NCBI GenBank assembly: GCA_964016885.1
Contig: OZ024741.1
Location: forward strand, 223,882,001 to 223,946,000
Origin: Eledone cirrhosa
Lineage: Eukaryota
Direction of reading: 5' to 3'
Length of the DNA: 64,000 nt
How positions within the stretch are numbered: position 1 is the first letter of the stretch; every line of letters begins with the position of its first letter. A program made the translations under genes and the position numbers. Below are positions 23,684-35,051 of this stretch, piece by piece. The notes beneath the pieces were generated by a model. It saw only the letters and a program-made list of their open reading frames with translations. It was not told the DNA's origin and made no database searches.

Positions 23684-23848
23684 ACAAAAAGCACCCAGTA
23701 CTCACTGTAAATGAGGTTGGTGTTAGGAAGTGCATCCAGCTGTAGAAACCAAGCCAAAATCACCTGACCTAGCATTGCCCACAAGACAACTCATCTAACT
23801 CTAATCCATGCTAGCATGGAAAAATGGACGTAAAACGGTGATGATGAT
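23684..23848 (+). mobile_element. Headless RTE/SINE tail
   Basis: AAAAAGCACCCAG..GGTGTTAGGAAG..CATGCTAGCATGGAAAAATGGACGTAAAACGGTGATGATG. Confidence 0.7.
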
Positions 23849-24746
23849 ACAGTACCAGGAAAAACTAAGCAGGAAGATGTGGACAAAAGAAGAATTTATT
23901 GTGTGTTCTATCTTTAACATATATTTCTGTACAATTACATAACAGTCTACATCCGCTGACTACATTATATATTGTTCATTCATATGCATTATCTGTATGG
24001 AATAACACTTCATCAGAAAGAAAATTAACAGGGAAAAATGCAGTTCTCCACAAAGCCAGCTATGATGAACAAATAATATTTAATCCTAATACACCAAATA
24101 GGCGATGAAATTGTTACTCTACCAGGAATAAAACATCAAGTATGCACCAATAGAGACATACAAATTATGAGAACTGCTCTAGCCAAAAAATCTGGGATTT
24201 AAAATAGGATGATATAGATTAGACACTTTCTTAGTCAGTGTTAAGATTCGCCCACCCAGACCAAAATTAAAGATGCTCCTGTAATCTTTGTGTCATGGAA
24301 GTTTTGGAGATTATCACTGTATCAGATCTGTTGAACTCACGACATGAAAGAATCTTCAACTGCCAACATAAGGCATTAAAAACTTTTGCTAAGTATCACT
24401 CTGATTAGCATAGGATTGGATCTTGTATCTCTGTATCCATTCTACTTTAATTATTTACCCCTTACACCACATTCCTTCTCACCACCTTTATTCGTCTTGG
24501 CGTCTCTTTGTCTCCTCTGTTGTTGGTTTCTGTTGAGATAAATCTAATATTTTGCCTCTCAGTTTAATTTATAGCCTTTGAACAAATCTTTGAACAAAAT
24601 CTTACCATTTCTGATAATTTCAATGTTCTCTTTTCTCTTCCCCACTCCTATATTATATGATTACAATAGGTTCCCTGATCAGCCATAGTCCTCTATTTGA
24701 AAACTAAGATATATCTTGACAAGTCCCACAGTGGTGTAGGAGTGGT

Positions 24747-24784
<38 letters not shown>

Positions 24785-25012
24785 TGATCAGCTCAAGGTT
24801 TGATCTGAATTGATCTAGCCTGACTCTGAAATCAAAAGCTTGTTGGACTTCTGTTATGGTAATACATAATAAATTGTCCTTTTTATTATTATTATTACAC
24901 TCTGGTGAACCTCTGGAAATTACACATTGAGTACTCACTCTGGTGAACCTACAGTAACTGGATGTTACAATCCCTAAATATATATGTGTCTGTATATGTA
25001 TTTATGTGTGTG

Positions 25013-25631
25013 TCATCATCATCATCATCATCATCGTTTAACGTCCATGTTCCACGCTTGCAGGTTTTACTTTGTATTTAGGTAAGGCGGGTCTTCTCTA
25101 TTACTGAGTACCGCCAAAGGTCTCGGTCCAGTGACATTGTCTTGGAGAGGTGTAAATGTGTGAGGTCGGAATTTATCAGCTCGTCTCAGGTTTTTCTGGG
25201 TCTGCCTACTCCGTGGCTACCGTCTATCTTTATTGCCCTGCACTTTGCTATACAGCTGTCGTCTTTCATGCGCATCACGTGACCATACCAACGTAGCCTT
25301 CTCTCGAGTAAACAACATCTGATCCCTCTTATTTCTAATTTTTTCCTTAGTTCGTTTATGCTTTGCCGTTCACGTATATTACTATTACACATCCAGCGGA
25401 GCATGCAAGCTTCGTTCCTCTCTAGTCTGCGTATATCCTCTGCACACAATGCCCAGGTCTCACTGCCATGCAACATTGCTGTTCGTATGCAGGCATCATA
25501 CAACCTGCCTTTCATTTTTAGGGAGAACCCTTTAGCGGCTAATAGTGGTATAAGCTCTCTGAACTTTTTCCATCCAGTTCTGACTCTAGCTACTGTACTT
25601 TCAGAGCACCCTCCCCCACTGCTGATTTTGT
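25013..25631 (-). mobile_element. RTE 3' fragment with most of the 3' UTR deleted
   Basis: KISSGGGCSES...GVGRPRKT; UTR junction near 25061. Confidence 0.9.
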
Positions 25632-25671
25632 GTGTATGTATATATGTGTGTGTGTATATATAGGTGTAGTT

Positions 25672-25807
25672 GTCTCTGTGGCCTAGTGGTAGGTACAAGA
25701 GACTGTGGAGATCCTGGCCTTGGGTTCAAACCTGGTACATGTAACCTACCCGTCTAACCCATGCTAGCGTGGAAGATGGACGTTAAACGAAGATGATGAT
25801 GATGATG
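25672..25807 (+). mobile_element. Mini-SINE: tRNA-like head fused directly to the RTE terminal tail
   Basis: TGGCCTAGTGG box A, GGTTCAAACC box B, then CCCGTCTAACCCATGCTAGCGTGGAAGATGGACGTTAAACG(GAT)n. Confidence 0.65.
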
Positions 25808-25955
25808 AACATATAAATGTGTGTATATATATATATACATACACACACATAATGTTAAACAATGAAAGAATAAGAAAAACAAGGAGGAGTACTTAATTAA
25901 TCCATTGTTTTACAATTGTTGATAGAAGTTATGTAACTCCATACCATACCATGTA

Positions 25956-26505
25956 TATTGGGTTGGCCAAAAAGTCTCTTTGGTTTTTGTGAACAGTAAA
26001 ATTCAAGCACTCCAATAAGTTTCTAACTTCAGTCTGTACTTTGTGCATGTGCACTTGACACTTGATTGTGTATATAGGTAGATAGATAGATCCCTGACAC
26101 TTCATTGTAGCTCAATGCAAGCTTGCGACGAGACAGGTTGTACTTTGTGGGCTTGGGATCACCTTGAAAATAGAGAACCAAAACGAATATTATCAATACC
26201 TCATGCTTTTTTTTATTTTATAAAAGGCAAGAAAGCAGTGGAAACCTGCAGAGAGATATGTGCTATGTACAGAGAGGATGTTGTTACGGAACGTATGTAT
26301 CAGAAGTTGTTTCCAAGATTTGGATCAGGAAATTTTTCGGTTCAAGATGCACCTCATTCTGGCCTGCCAACAGTGACATAATGAACAACTTAGTTGACAC
26401 TAACCCTCTTCACATAACCAGAATTATAGCAGATATCAAGTATCCAAATTGAGGGTTGAAAACCATCTACATCAACTTGGTTACGTCAGCAGGCTCGATG
26501 TTTGA
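25956..26505 (+). mobile_element. Decayed mariner (left TIR plus N-terminal transposase remnant)
   Basis: TA-TTGGGTTGGCCAAAAAG TIR; FYFIKGKKAVETCREICAMY..RFGSGNFSVQDAPHSGLP; ENHLHQLGYVSRLDV. Confidence 0.8.
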
Positions 26506-27536
26506 ACCCAGTTTCTCTGACAAGACATGGCTCAACCTAAGGTTATGGTAAATAACACTTGCCCAAGATGCCGTGCAGTAGGATCAAACTTAAGGCTTAA
26601 TGATTGGGAAGCAAACATCTTAACTATCTGGCCATGCTGCGTCCACAATCAGGGAGTAAGGGCAGTGCCTATGCCCTTTTACAGTGTCTTTGAGGCTGGT
26701 AGAAGGAAGAGAAGAAGATATTCTCAAACCAGATATCTGACTCAAACATTTCCAACAGAATGGATTACACTAGAGGCACCCAAGGACTCTGTGGCGATGT
26801 TAAGCCGGACAATGATTGAAGTCTATTACCCAAGTAGGCAACAGTGAGATTTGAACTCATAACTCAAGAAGCCAGAACAAACACTGCAAAGAATCTTGTC
26901 TAACACTCTAATGATTCTGACAATCTAGCGCCTTTGTTATCTGTACTTTATGTTATCTGCTCTGAAAGAATGAAACGCAAAATTGACCTTGGTGGGATTT
27001 GAACTTAAAGCGCAGAGAACCGGAACAAATACTACAAGACATTTTCTCCTCCACCCTAACAAGTCTTCCAATTCGCTGCCTTTAGCAATCTGCCAAAACT
27101 GCAGATTTTCAGCTAATTAAAAGAATTTAAAAAAATAGCTTCAGATTCTGTGCTAATTAAAAAAATATATCATAAATATGGCAAACTTATTTCCTGAAGT
27201 TTCTGCCATGATAACCTGAGGCTTTTTTATACTCTCCTTCTTCTTCCTCTTCACCTCCTCTTCACCTCTACCTTTATCTTCCCCTTCATCTCCTCATTAT
27301 ATTAAACTTATTTCCAATGATATCAGTGACATGTGATGTAACTATAATAATAATAATGATTTCTATTATAATAATAATAATAACTATAATAATAATAATA
27401 TCAATAATGGTGCTGCTTGCTGCTATTGCCACCACTACTACTACTATCACCACCACCACCACTACCACCACTACTACTACTATCATCACCACCACCAAAC
27501 CCATCCCCACCACACCACTACTACTATCACCACCAA

Positions 27537-27722
27537 TAATAATAATTGTTTCTATTTTTTGGCACAAGGCCAGCAATAAGCCCAGTACATTACTGGTACT
27601 TTATTTTATCGACCCCGTAAGGATAAAAGGCAAAGTTAACCTCGACGGGATTTGAACTCAGACTGTAAAGGGACGTAACTATGCTGGAAAGCATGGCGCC
27701 CGACCCTCTACCGATACTGCCA
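27537..27722 (-). mobile_element. SINE-B
   Basis: Matches 12097-12274 and 56961-57150. Confidence 0.8.
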
Positions 27723-27812
27723 AAAAACAGTAAACAGAGACAGTGGGAATTTATACATGTATAAGCAGAAAAAAAATCCAAGTACATACACACACATACC
27801 TACATGTACACA

Positions 27813-27858
<46 letters not shown>

Positions 27859-27863
27859 CACAC

Positions 27864-28470
27864 ATGGTGGCTGCCAACTCGTTTTCAAGTACGGCCACTA
27901 CTTTATATCCATGTAGGAGAACCCCTACCGATGCGCTGAACGAGTGACTTTTTAGTCCAGCCAGCGACTTGAAAACTCTGGCACAAACACTACACTTGTG
28001 ACAATTATTGACACATAGTGCTGGGCCCATGGTACCATGTGACGACAAGTGCAGAGAGATCTCCAGATATAAAGCAATGCCTGTGCCGTGAAGCTGTTAT
28101 AGTGAGCAAAGGCACTGCACAAAGCCAGTCCCACTCTCTTAACCAAGATGATATTTACCAAAAAGAAGAACAAGTCAACATCATTGGATACCATCAGGGT
28201 TGCAGGTGTTATATCAGAGTTTTCCTTCTCCTAGAATTCTGCCTTGACAAAGGCTAAGGGGTCATCTCTCCCGGTGATTTTGGATGGCCATTGACTCTTA
28301 AGAGCTCCTTTGCCCTTTGACAGGTTTTGTTTTTAGTCCTGCAGGATGTCCAAAGTCACCCTCCTCACCAAAAAACCTTGGTGGGGTTGCCAGTTTAGTC
28401 ACCAACGACCCGACCATGGGACAGGTTGTACTGGATACATGTTACCAGTAGCACCAACTGGTGACCTGAC
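27864..28470 (-). mobile_element. Bipartite non-autonomous RTE derivative, full copy
   Basis: Same termini as 20201-20810. Confidence 0.7.
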
Positions 28471-29649
28471 ACACATACATACATACATACATGCATACAC
28501 ACACATATGCATACGTTGGTCAATGCAACTAACCTTTTGATGGAAGTATGTGTGGAGTCTTATATATGTTAATTTATGTGAGATCAATCTCAGATACACT
28601 ATATATATAAGATGTGGTCTCTAGAAATATATAAAGTTATGTGGATGTGGTCTCTGCAAACCATAGGAAAGGCAACCTTTCTAGAAGAGCAGTAACTCCA
28701 AATATATAGAGTTATATGAGGTGGACGTGGTCTCTGCAACCCATAGGAAACCTGTCTAGAGGGGCAGTCGTTCTGAAGACATAAGATTGCACTGGATAAA
28801 GGTAGACTCTATAAGTTGTATTGAAGGCAACCCATGTAGGAGAGCAATGACTCTGAGTAAAAGTTGATACTGGGTAGACAGGACTCTTAAGTCCTGACAC
28901 ACAACCTATCTAGTGCTTATGGTATAATAAAATGTACCCAGATAATGCTGTAATGGTGACAAGACGGGCATTCAGCCAGAAAAACCAAGCAAAAGAACCA
29001 TGAAGCATGAAGACTAGAGAGCCATAGCTCTAAATATGTGACACTGTTACTTAGTTAGCATTAAACCATGTATATCAATGTGGAAAATTTTGGATATATA
29101 TGTGTGGTGGTGGTGGTGGTAGTGTGTGTGTGTGTGTGGGGGGGGGGGGGGCATCGTAATTATTTTATATCCATTTTACCATGCTGAATGAGTTGTGTAT
29201 GTGTATACCTATACATTGTGGATGTGTATTATGCATGATATTTTTTGTAATTGTATATAATATATGTATATGTACATGTGTGTATATCATAGTGTCAATG
29301 ATATGATAAATTGCGCCCAGTTCACTCTGTAATGTGGTTGGCCGTGGGAAGGGAATCCAGCTGTTGGAACCAATCCCAAAATGGAGTGTATGAACAAGAT
29401 ATGGTTCCTTGACCAGTCCAGTGCTGGACCATGATAACCTATGTCAGCATGGAAAAGGGTCATAAAATGTTGATAATGATGATGATATAGCATCATCACC
29501 ATCACCATATATATACTATACATATCTATACATGCCTATAACATGTGCTTGCATTATAATTTTGTGTGTATATTTATATATATATACCCTTGCAAGCAGG
29601 GAAAAGCAGATGTAAAATGATGATGATGATGATATATTTATATATATAT

Positions 29650-29727
<78 letters not shown>

Positions 29728-29821
29728 GTTTATTACATAATTATATATATATATATATGTATGTATGGATGTATATATATATATATATATATATGTGTAT
29801 GAATGTATGTATATATGTATA

Positions 29822-29852
<31 letters not shown>

Positions 29853-29930
29853 CATCATCATCATCATCTTCGTTTAACGTCCATTATCCACGCTAGCATA
29901 CATATTTAGTTAGGCATCCATAGAAATATA

Positions 29931-32900
29931 TCATCATCATCATCATCATCAACGTTTAACGTCCGTGTTCCACGCTTGCATGGGTTTGGACGGGGGTAGT
30001 CCCACTTGAGGCAAGAGTGATTGTCTTGCTCGCATAGGACTGTCTGGCAGGTTTTCTACAGTTGGATGCCCTTCCTAACACCAACCACATTTACAGTGTG
30101 GGTCTGGGAGGTTTTTACCGTGTTGCCTACACGGCCACATTACAGCGTGGACTGTGTGTTTTTTGTCGTGACACCTACACGATCTCATTTGTTTCGGCCT
30201 CGATGGCGCGGCACCAACGTAACTTTACATAGAACGGGGTGGTGTGGATCGGGTGGGGGTGGGGGTGGTGGGACGGGGTGTATTTTGTTAGAGATGCCTA
30301 CTGGCTGGAGTAGGTTTTACTATATATTTAGGTAAGGCGGGTCTTCTCTGTTACTGAGTACCGCCAAAGGTCTCGGTCCAGTGACATTGTCTTGGAGAGG
30401 TGTAAGTGTGTGATGTCGGAGTTTATCAGCTCGTCCCAGGTTTTTCTAGGTCTGCCTATTCCGTGACTACCGTCTATCTTTATTGCCCTGCACTTTGTTA
30501 TACAGCTATCGACTTTCATGCGCATCACGTGTCCATACCAACGTAGCCTTCTCTCGAGTAAACAACATCTGATCCCTCTTATCTCTAATTTTTTCCTTAG
30601 TTCGTTTATGCTTTGCCGTTCACGTATATTACTGTTACACATCCAGCGGAGCATGCAAGCTTCGTTCCTCTCTAGTCTGCGTATATCCTCTGCACACAAT
30701 GCCCAGGTCTCACTGCCATGCAGCATTGCTGTTCGTATGCAGGCATCGTACAACCTGCCTTTCATTTTTAGTGAGAACCCTTTAGCAGCTAATAGTGGTA
30801 TAAGCTCTCTGAACTTTTTCCAACCAGTTCTGACTCTAGCTACAGTACTTTCAGAGCACCCTCCCCCACTGCTGATTTTATCGCCCAGGTAACGGAAGCT
30901 GTCCACTATTTCTATAGAACCCTCTGCGCAATTGAAAGAGCTAGTATTTTGTGGGCACTTGCTGCTACTTATTGCACCAGAGCACCGGCCACATGTAAAA
31001 TCTATGTTCTTAGTTAGCTTACCTGTGATCCCACTACATCTTTTATGCACCCATACTTTGCATTTAGGACATAAAATGGAGTTTCTACCTACGCCTTTCC
31101 TACACACCGAGCACGACCATTTCCCAGAAGGGACCGCCGCCTTGTTTTCTTTCCTACAAACTAGTACTTTGGTCTTAGCCAGGTTAATTTTAAGTCCTTT
31201 TGACTCTAGGCCGTGCTTCCATGTTTGGAATTTCTTCTCTAGCTCGGCCATTGATTCCGCTATGAGTGTCAGGTCGTCTGCGTATAGGAGTTCCCATGGG
31301 CAGCCTGTCTTGAACTCCTCTGTTATAGCCTGAAGGGCAATAATAAATAGTAGTGGACTGAGAACAGAGCCCTGATGGACGCCAACTTTTACGCTAAACT
31401 CTTCACTATATTCGTTGTTAATTCTAACCTTGCTGACTGTTTCTTTATACATGGCTTGTATAGCCCTCACAAGCCATTCGTCAACGCCTAGTTTTCTAAG
31501 AGCCCACCAGATAATGGAGCGGGGGACTCTGTCGAAGGCTTTCTCCAAGTCGACAAAAGCTAAGTAGAGGGGTTTACCTTTAGCTAGGTACTTCTCCTGT
31601 AGTTGTCGTACTATGAAAAGAGCGTCTGTGGTACTTTTGCCTGACACAAACCCGAACTGCATTTCATCTAGGTCAATTCTCTCTCTGATTAGTTGCGCTA
31701 TTACTCTTTCCGTGACCTTCATGACCTGGTCGATTAATTTAATGCCTCTATAGTTACTCCTATCTAGGGCGTCTCCTTTACCCTTATAACAGTTAACGAT
31801 GATGCTGCTATGCCAGTCCTTCGGAACAACCCCATTCTGTACGACTTGGTTAACTATGCGGGTGACCATGGTGTGTCCCACCGTGCCAGATGCCTTCAGC
31901 ATCTCAGCAACTATTTCCGAAGGCCCAGCCGCCTTACCAGTCTTCATATCCTTGATTGCCTTACTTATTATACTCCCCTCGACTAACACTGCTGGTCCCT
32001 CTATTGGGTCGATATGGGGGAGACTGCCTTTCTCCCAATTATTCTCCTCATTTAGAAGCCTTTCATAGTGACACTTCCAAGCTACCTTCTTATCAGCGTC
32101 GGTGATGGCAAGTGTGCCATCGTCGTTTAGTACACACTTCTCCCCGACAATATCACGGTTTTCCTTGACGCATTGCCTAGCAATCCTGAACACCTCACGT
32201 TTTTGGTCATCGCGTTGTAGAACATGCTTGAACTTTCTTTCCTCAGCTTCCCTTCTTGCTAAGTACACTTGTCTCCTAGCTTCCCTCCTGGCCACTTGAT
32301 AGTCCTCTCTACTTCCCCCATCCCGCCATACTTTCCAAGCCTGCTTTTTGGCCTTAATTGACCCCTCCACCTTACTGTTCCACCACCATGTTACTCTCCT
32401 CCTGCCTACAGGCCTGCTCCAGCCACAGACCTCGTCTGTCGCCAACAGCAGGTTTGCTTTCAGAAATTCCCACTCTCCCTCTATATTGTCCGACTCTAAA
32501 TGTTCTTCCTTACTGTCGAAAGCATCAAGTAATATGCTTTGAAATTTATTCCTGGCTGTGGGGTCCTTTAGCTTCCATATTTTCCTCCTGAGGATAGTCC
32601 TCTTCTGTTGTCGAGTACGTCTCGTCCTGACTATGAGGTCGCTAATTATCAGTCTATGTTGGGAGGTGCATTCTTCATGGGGGAGGGATTTAGTGTTAAC
32701 AACAGACACTCTGTCACGTCTTCTGGTAAGGATATAATCTACCTGGCTTGTGTGTTCCCCGGATCTATAGGTGATCAGGTGATTGTCACGTTTTTTGAAG
32801 TTAGTGTTACAGATAGTTAGGTTATTTGCATCACAGAATTCCAGGATTCTGGAGCCTTCCTCATTTCTAGTACCAAACCCATAGCCTCCATGGATTTCGT

Positions 32901-33252
32901 CGTAGCCGTCACAATGTTGTCCAACGTGACCATTTAGGTCGCCTGCGATAATTATATAGTCACTGTCGGATATTTGGGAGGTAGTTAGCATCAGTGTCTC
33001 ATAGAATCTGTCTTTTATAGTGCCGGGCAGTCCGGATTGGGGTGCGTACGCAGATATTACTGTCACCGTAGTTCTATTGAGGACAAGTCGTATTTTAATT
33101 ATTCTGTCGTTCACTCTATTTACGTCTATTATCTTATCTGCCCACTTTTCTGCTACCATGATTCCTACTCCACCCAGCCCATCGTCGTTTCCCACCCAGA
33201 AAAGCTTATAACAACGTTTTTTACCCTCAATGAACCTAGCAGACCCACCCCT
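29931..33252 (-). mobile_element. RTE LINE, young, 5'-truncated within the endonuclease
   Basis: Uninterrupted ORF, 3' UTR and (GAT)n tail. Confidence 0.96.
30328..33252 (-). CDS. RTE ORF: AP endonuclease + reverse transcriptase + PHD-type zinc finger (N-terminus missing)
   Basis: SAYAPQ, GDLNGHVG, VDYIL, SQHR (APE); QFGF, DLEKAFD, GVHQGSVLSP, YADD, FRYLG (RT). The MCLH start of the 978-aa ORF comes from the adjacent SINE. Confidence 0.9.
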   Translation of the reverse strand, partial: RGGSARFIEGKKRCYKLFWVGNDDGLGGVGIMVAEKWADKIIDVNRVNDRIIKIRLVLNRTTVTVISAYAPQSGLPGTIKDRFYETLMLTTSQISDSDYIIIAGDLNGHVGQHCDGYDEIHGGYGFGTRNEEGSRILEFCDANNLTICNTNFKKRDNHLITYRSGEHTSQVDYILTRRRDRVSVVNTKSLPHEECTSQHRLIISDLIVRTRRTRQQKRTILRRKIWKLKDPTARNKFQSILLDAFDSKEEHLESDNIEGEWEFLKANLLLATDEVCGWSRPVGRRRVTWWWNSKVEGSIKAKKQAWKVWRDGGSREDYQVARREARRQVYLARREAEERKFKHVLQRDDQKREVFRIARQCVKENRDIVGEKCVLNDDGTLAITDADKKVAWKCHYERLLNEENNWEKGSLPHIDPIEGPAVLVEGSIISKAIKDMKTGKAAGPSEIVAEMLKASGTVGHTMVTRIVNQVVQNGVVPKDWHSSIIVNCYKGKGDALDRSNYRGIKLIDQVMKVTERVIAQLIRERIDLDEMQFGFVSGKSTTDALFIVRQLQEKYLAKGKPLYLAFVDLEKAFDRVPRSIIWWALRKLGVDEWLVRAIQAMYKETVSKVRINNEYSEEFSVKVGVHQGSVLSPLLFIIALQAITEEFKTGCPWELLYADDLTLIAESMAELEKKFQTWKHGLESKGLKINLAKTKVLVCRKENKAAVPSGKWSCSVCRKGVGRNSILCPKCKVWVHKRCSGITGKLTKNIDFTCGRCSGAISSSKCPQNTSSFNCAEGSIEIVDSFRYLGDKISSGGGCSESTVARVRTGWKKFRELIPLLAAKGFSLKMKGRLYDACIRTAMLHGSETWALCAEDIRRLERNEACMLRWMCNSNIRERQSINELRKKLEIRGIRCCLLERRLRWYGHVMRMKVDSCITKCRAIKIDGSHGIGRPRKTWDELINSDITHLHLSKTMSLDRDLWRYSVTEKTRLT

Positions 33253-33571
33253 GTGGAGGCACATGGCTTAGTGGTTAGAGCATTGGCCTTGCAATCGAAA
33301 GGTTGTGAGTTCAATTCTTGGACCGGGTGATGTGTTGTTTCCTTGAGTAAGACACTTTATTTCACATTGCTCCAGTTTACTCAGCTGTAGAAATGAGATG
33401 ATAGGGACTGTGGTCCATATCATTCCACTGCACAGTGGTCGTGGAGGTGCCATGGCAAAAAAGCACCCAGCACTCACTGTAAATGAGGTTGGTGTTAGGA
33501 AGGGCATCCAGCTGTAGAAATCAAGCCAGAATCAGTTCCCGTCCCACCCTTGCAAGCAGGGAAAAGCGGAC
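33253..33571 (+). mobile_element. SINE-A, head-to-head with the RTE
   Basis: GGAGGCACATGGCTTAGTGG...; tail clipped before (GAT)n. Confidence 0.85.
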
Positions 33572-33597
33572 TCATTACATGTATACTATTACACATG

Positions 33598-33646
<49 letters not shown>

Positions 33647-33727
33647 CATCATCATCATCATCATCATCACCGTTTTACGTCCGTTCTTCCACGCTAGCAT
33701 GGGTTAGACGGTATATATGTATATATG

Positions 33728-33781
<54 letters not shown>

Positions 33782-33808
33782 GGAGCTGCGGCGCTGCAAA
33801 TGGGTTAC

Positions 33809-34021
<213 letters not shown>

Positions 34022-35051
34022 CATATATATATATACATATATTTATACATACATATATATATACACACACACATTACATGTATACTATTGCATATACATA
34101 TATATATACATATATATATTACATGCATACTATAGTATTACATATATATATTTATATACATTACATGCGTACAATACAATTACATATATATCATATATGG
34201 CACCATGCAAAAATGAATGTTAAATGATGTGTGTATGTGTATATATATATGTATGTGTTTGTTAGTGTGTGTATATTTGAGTGTGGAGAGATAGAGAAGG
34301 AGAGCATAAGTTTGCGTGCGTGCATGAGTGTGTGCGCGAGTGTGTATTAGCAACAAAGCAGTAAGTTATGACCCTGTCCTGATTGTTTCAATAATGAGGT
34401 TTTATTACCATTCTATAGTGCCATCTCTTCAGACATAGGAATGATAGTTGAAGAACAAAGATTAAACATTCTCGCTCTATCCTTCAGGGAGCATAGCTGA
34501 TTGCTCCATCACTGCTACTGCCATAGCTAGCAAGCCAATCAACATTCTCCAGCAAAACATTTATTGGTTTCAGCATACAAACAACAAGAAAACTAGCTTG
34601 ATTCACCAGTTTCTGAGATCAGCAATTCAGAAATAGCAGATCAAAATTTCTTTGACACTCAAACTTGCAAAAACTCATTCTTGTTATCTAATTACACTCT
34701 AGTGGCCCTCGTTTCTTTCTTCCTATTTTTCTTTCTTTCCTTCTTTTTCCTTCTTTTTCCTTCTTTTTCTTTCTTTCTTTCTTTTTCTTTCTTTCCTTCC
34801 CTTTCTTCTTGTTTTTGTTTTCGTTGTGGATGTTTATTCTCTCTTTTCTTTTTTTTTGTTCCCCCTTTCCCCTTTTTTTCTCTCCTCCAAAACAATCTTC
34901 TCTTCTATGTTTTCATTTCTAATGAGGAACTAGCATCCAAAACAGTAAGATTTTTTTATTACTACTTTTATCACTTTATTAAACTGTTATATGGTTATTA
35001 TAATGTGTTTTTCTTTGGCACTGTTCTTCGTTCTTTTTACTTGTGTGTGTG

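Noticed and set aside
34375-34440. Minus-strand CTGAAGA...GAAACAATC
   Set aside because: Stem I does not pair and stem II is mostly G.U.
34681-35051. Hydrophobic N-terminus fused to RT in ORF 34681-35415
   Set aside because: Pyrimidine-rich low-complexity flank read in frame by chance with a truncated, stop-ridden LINE.
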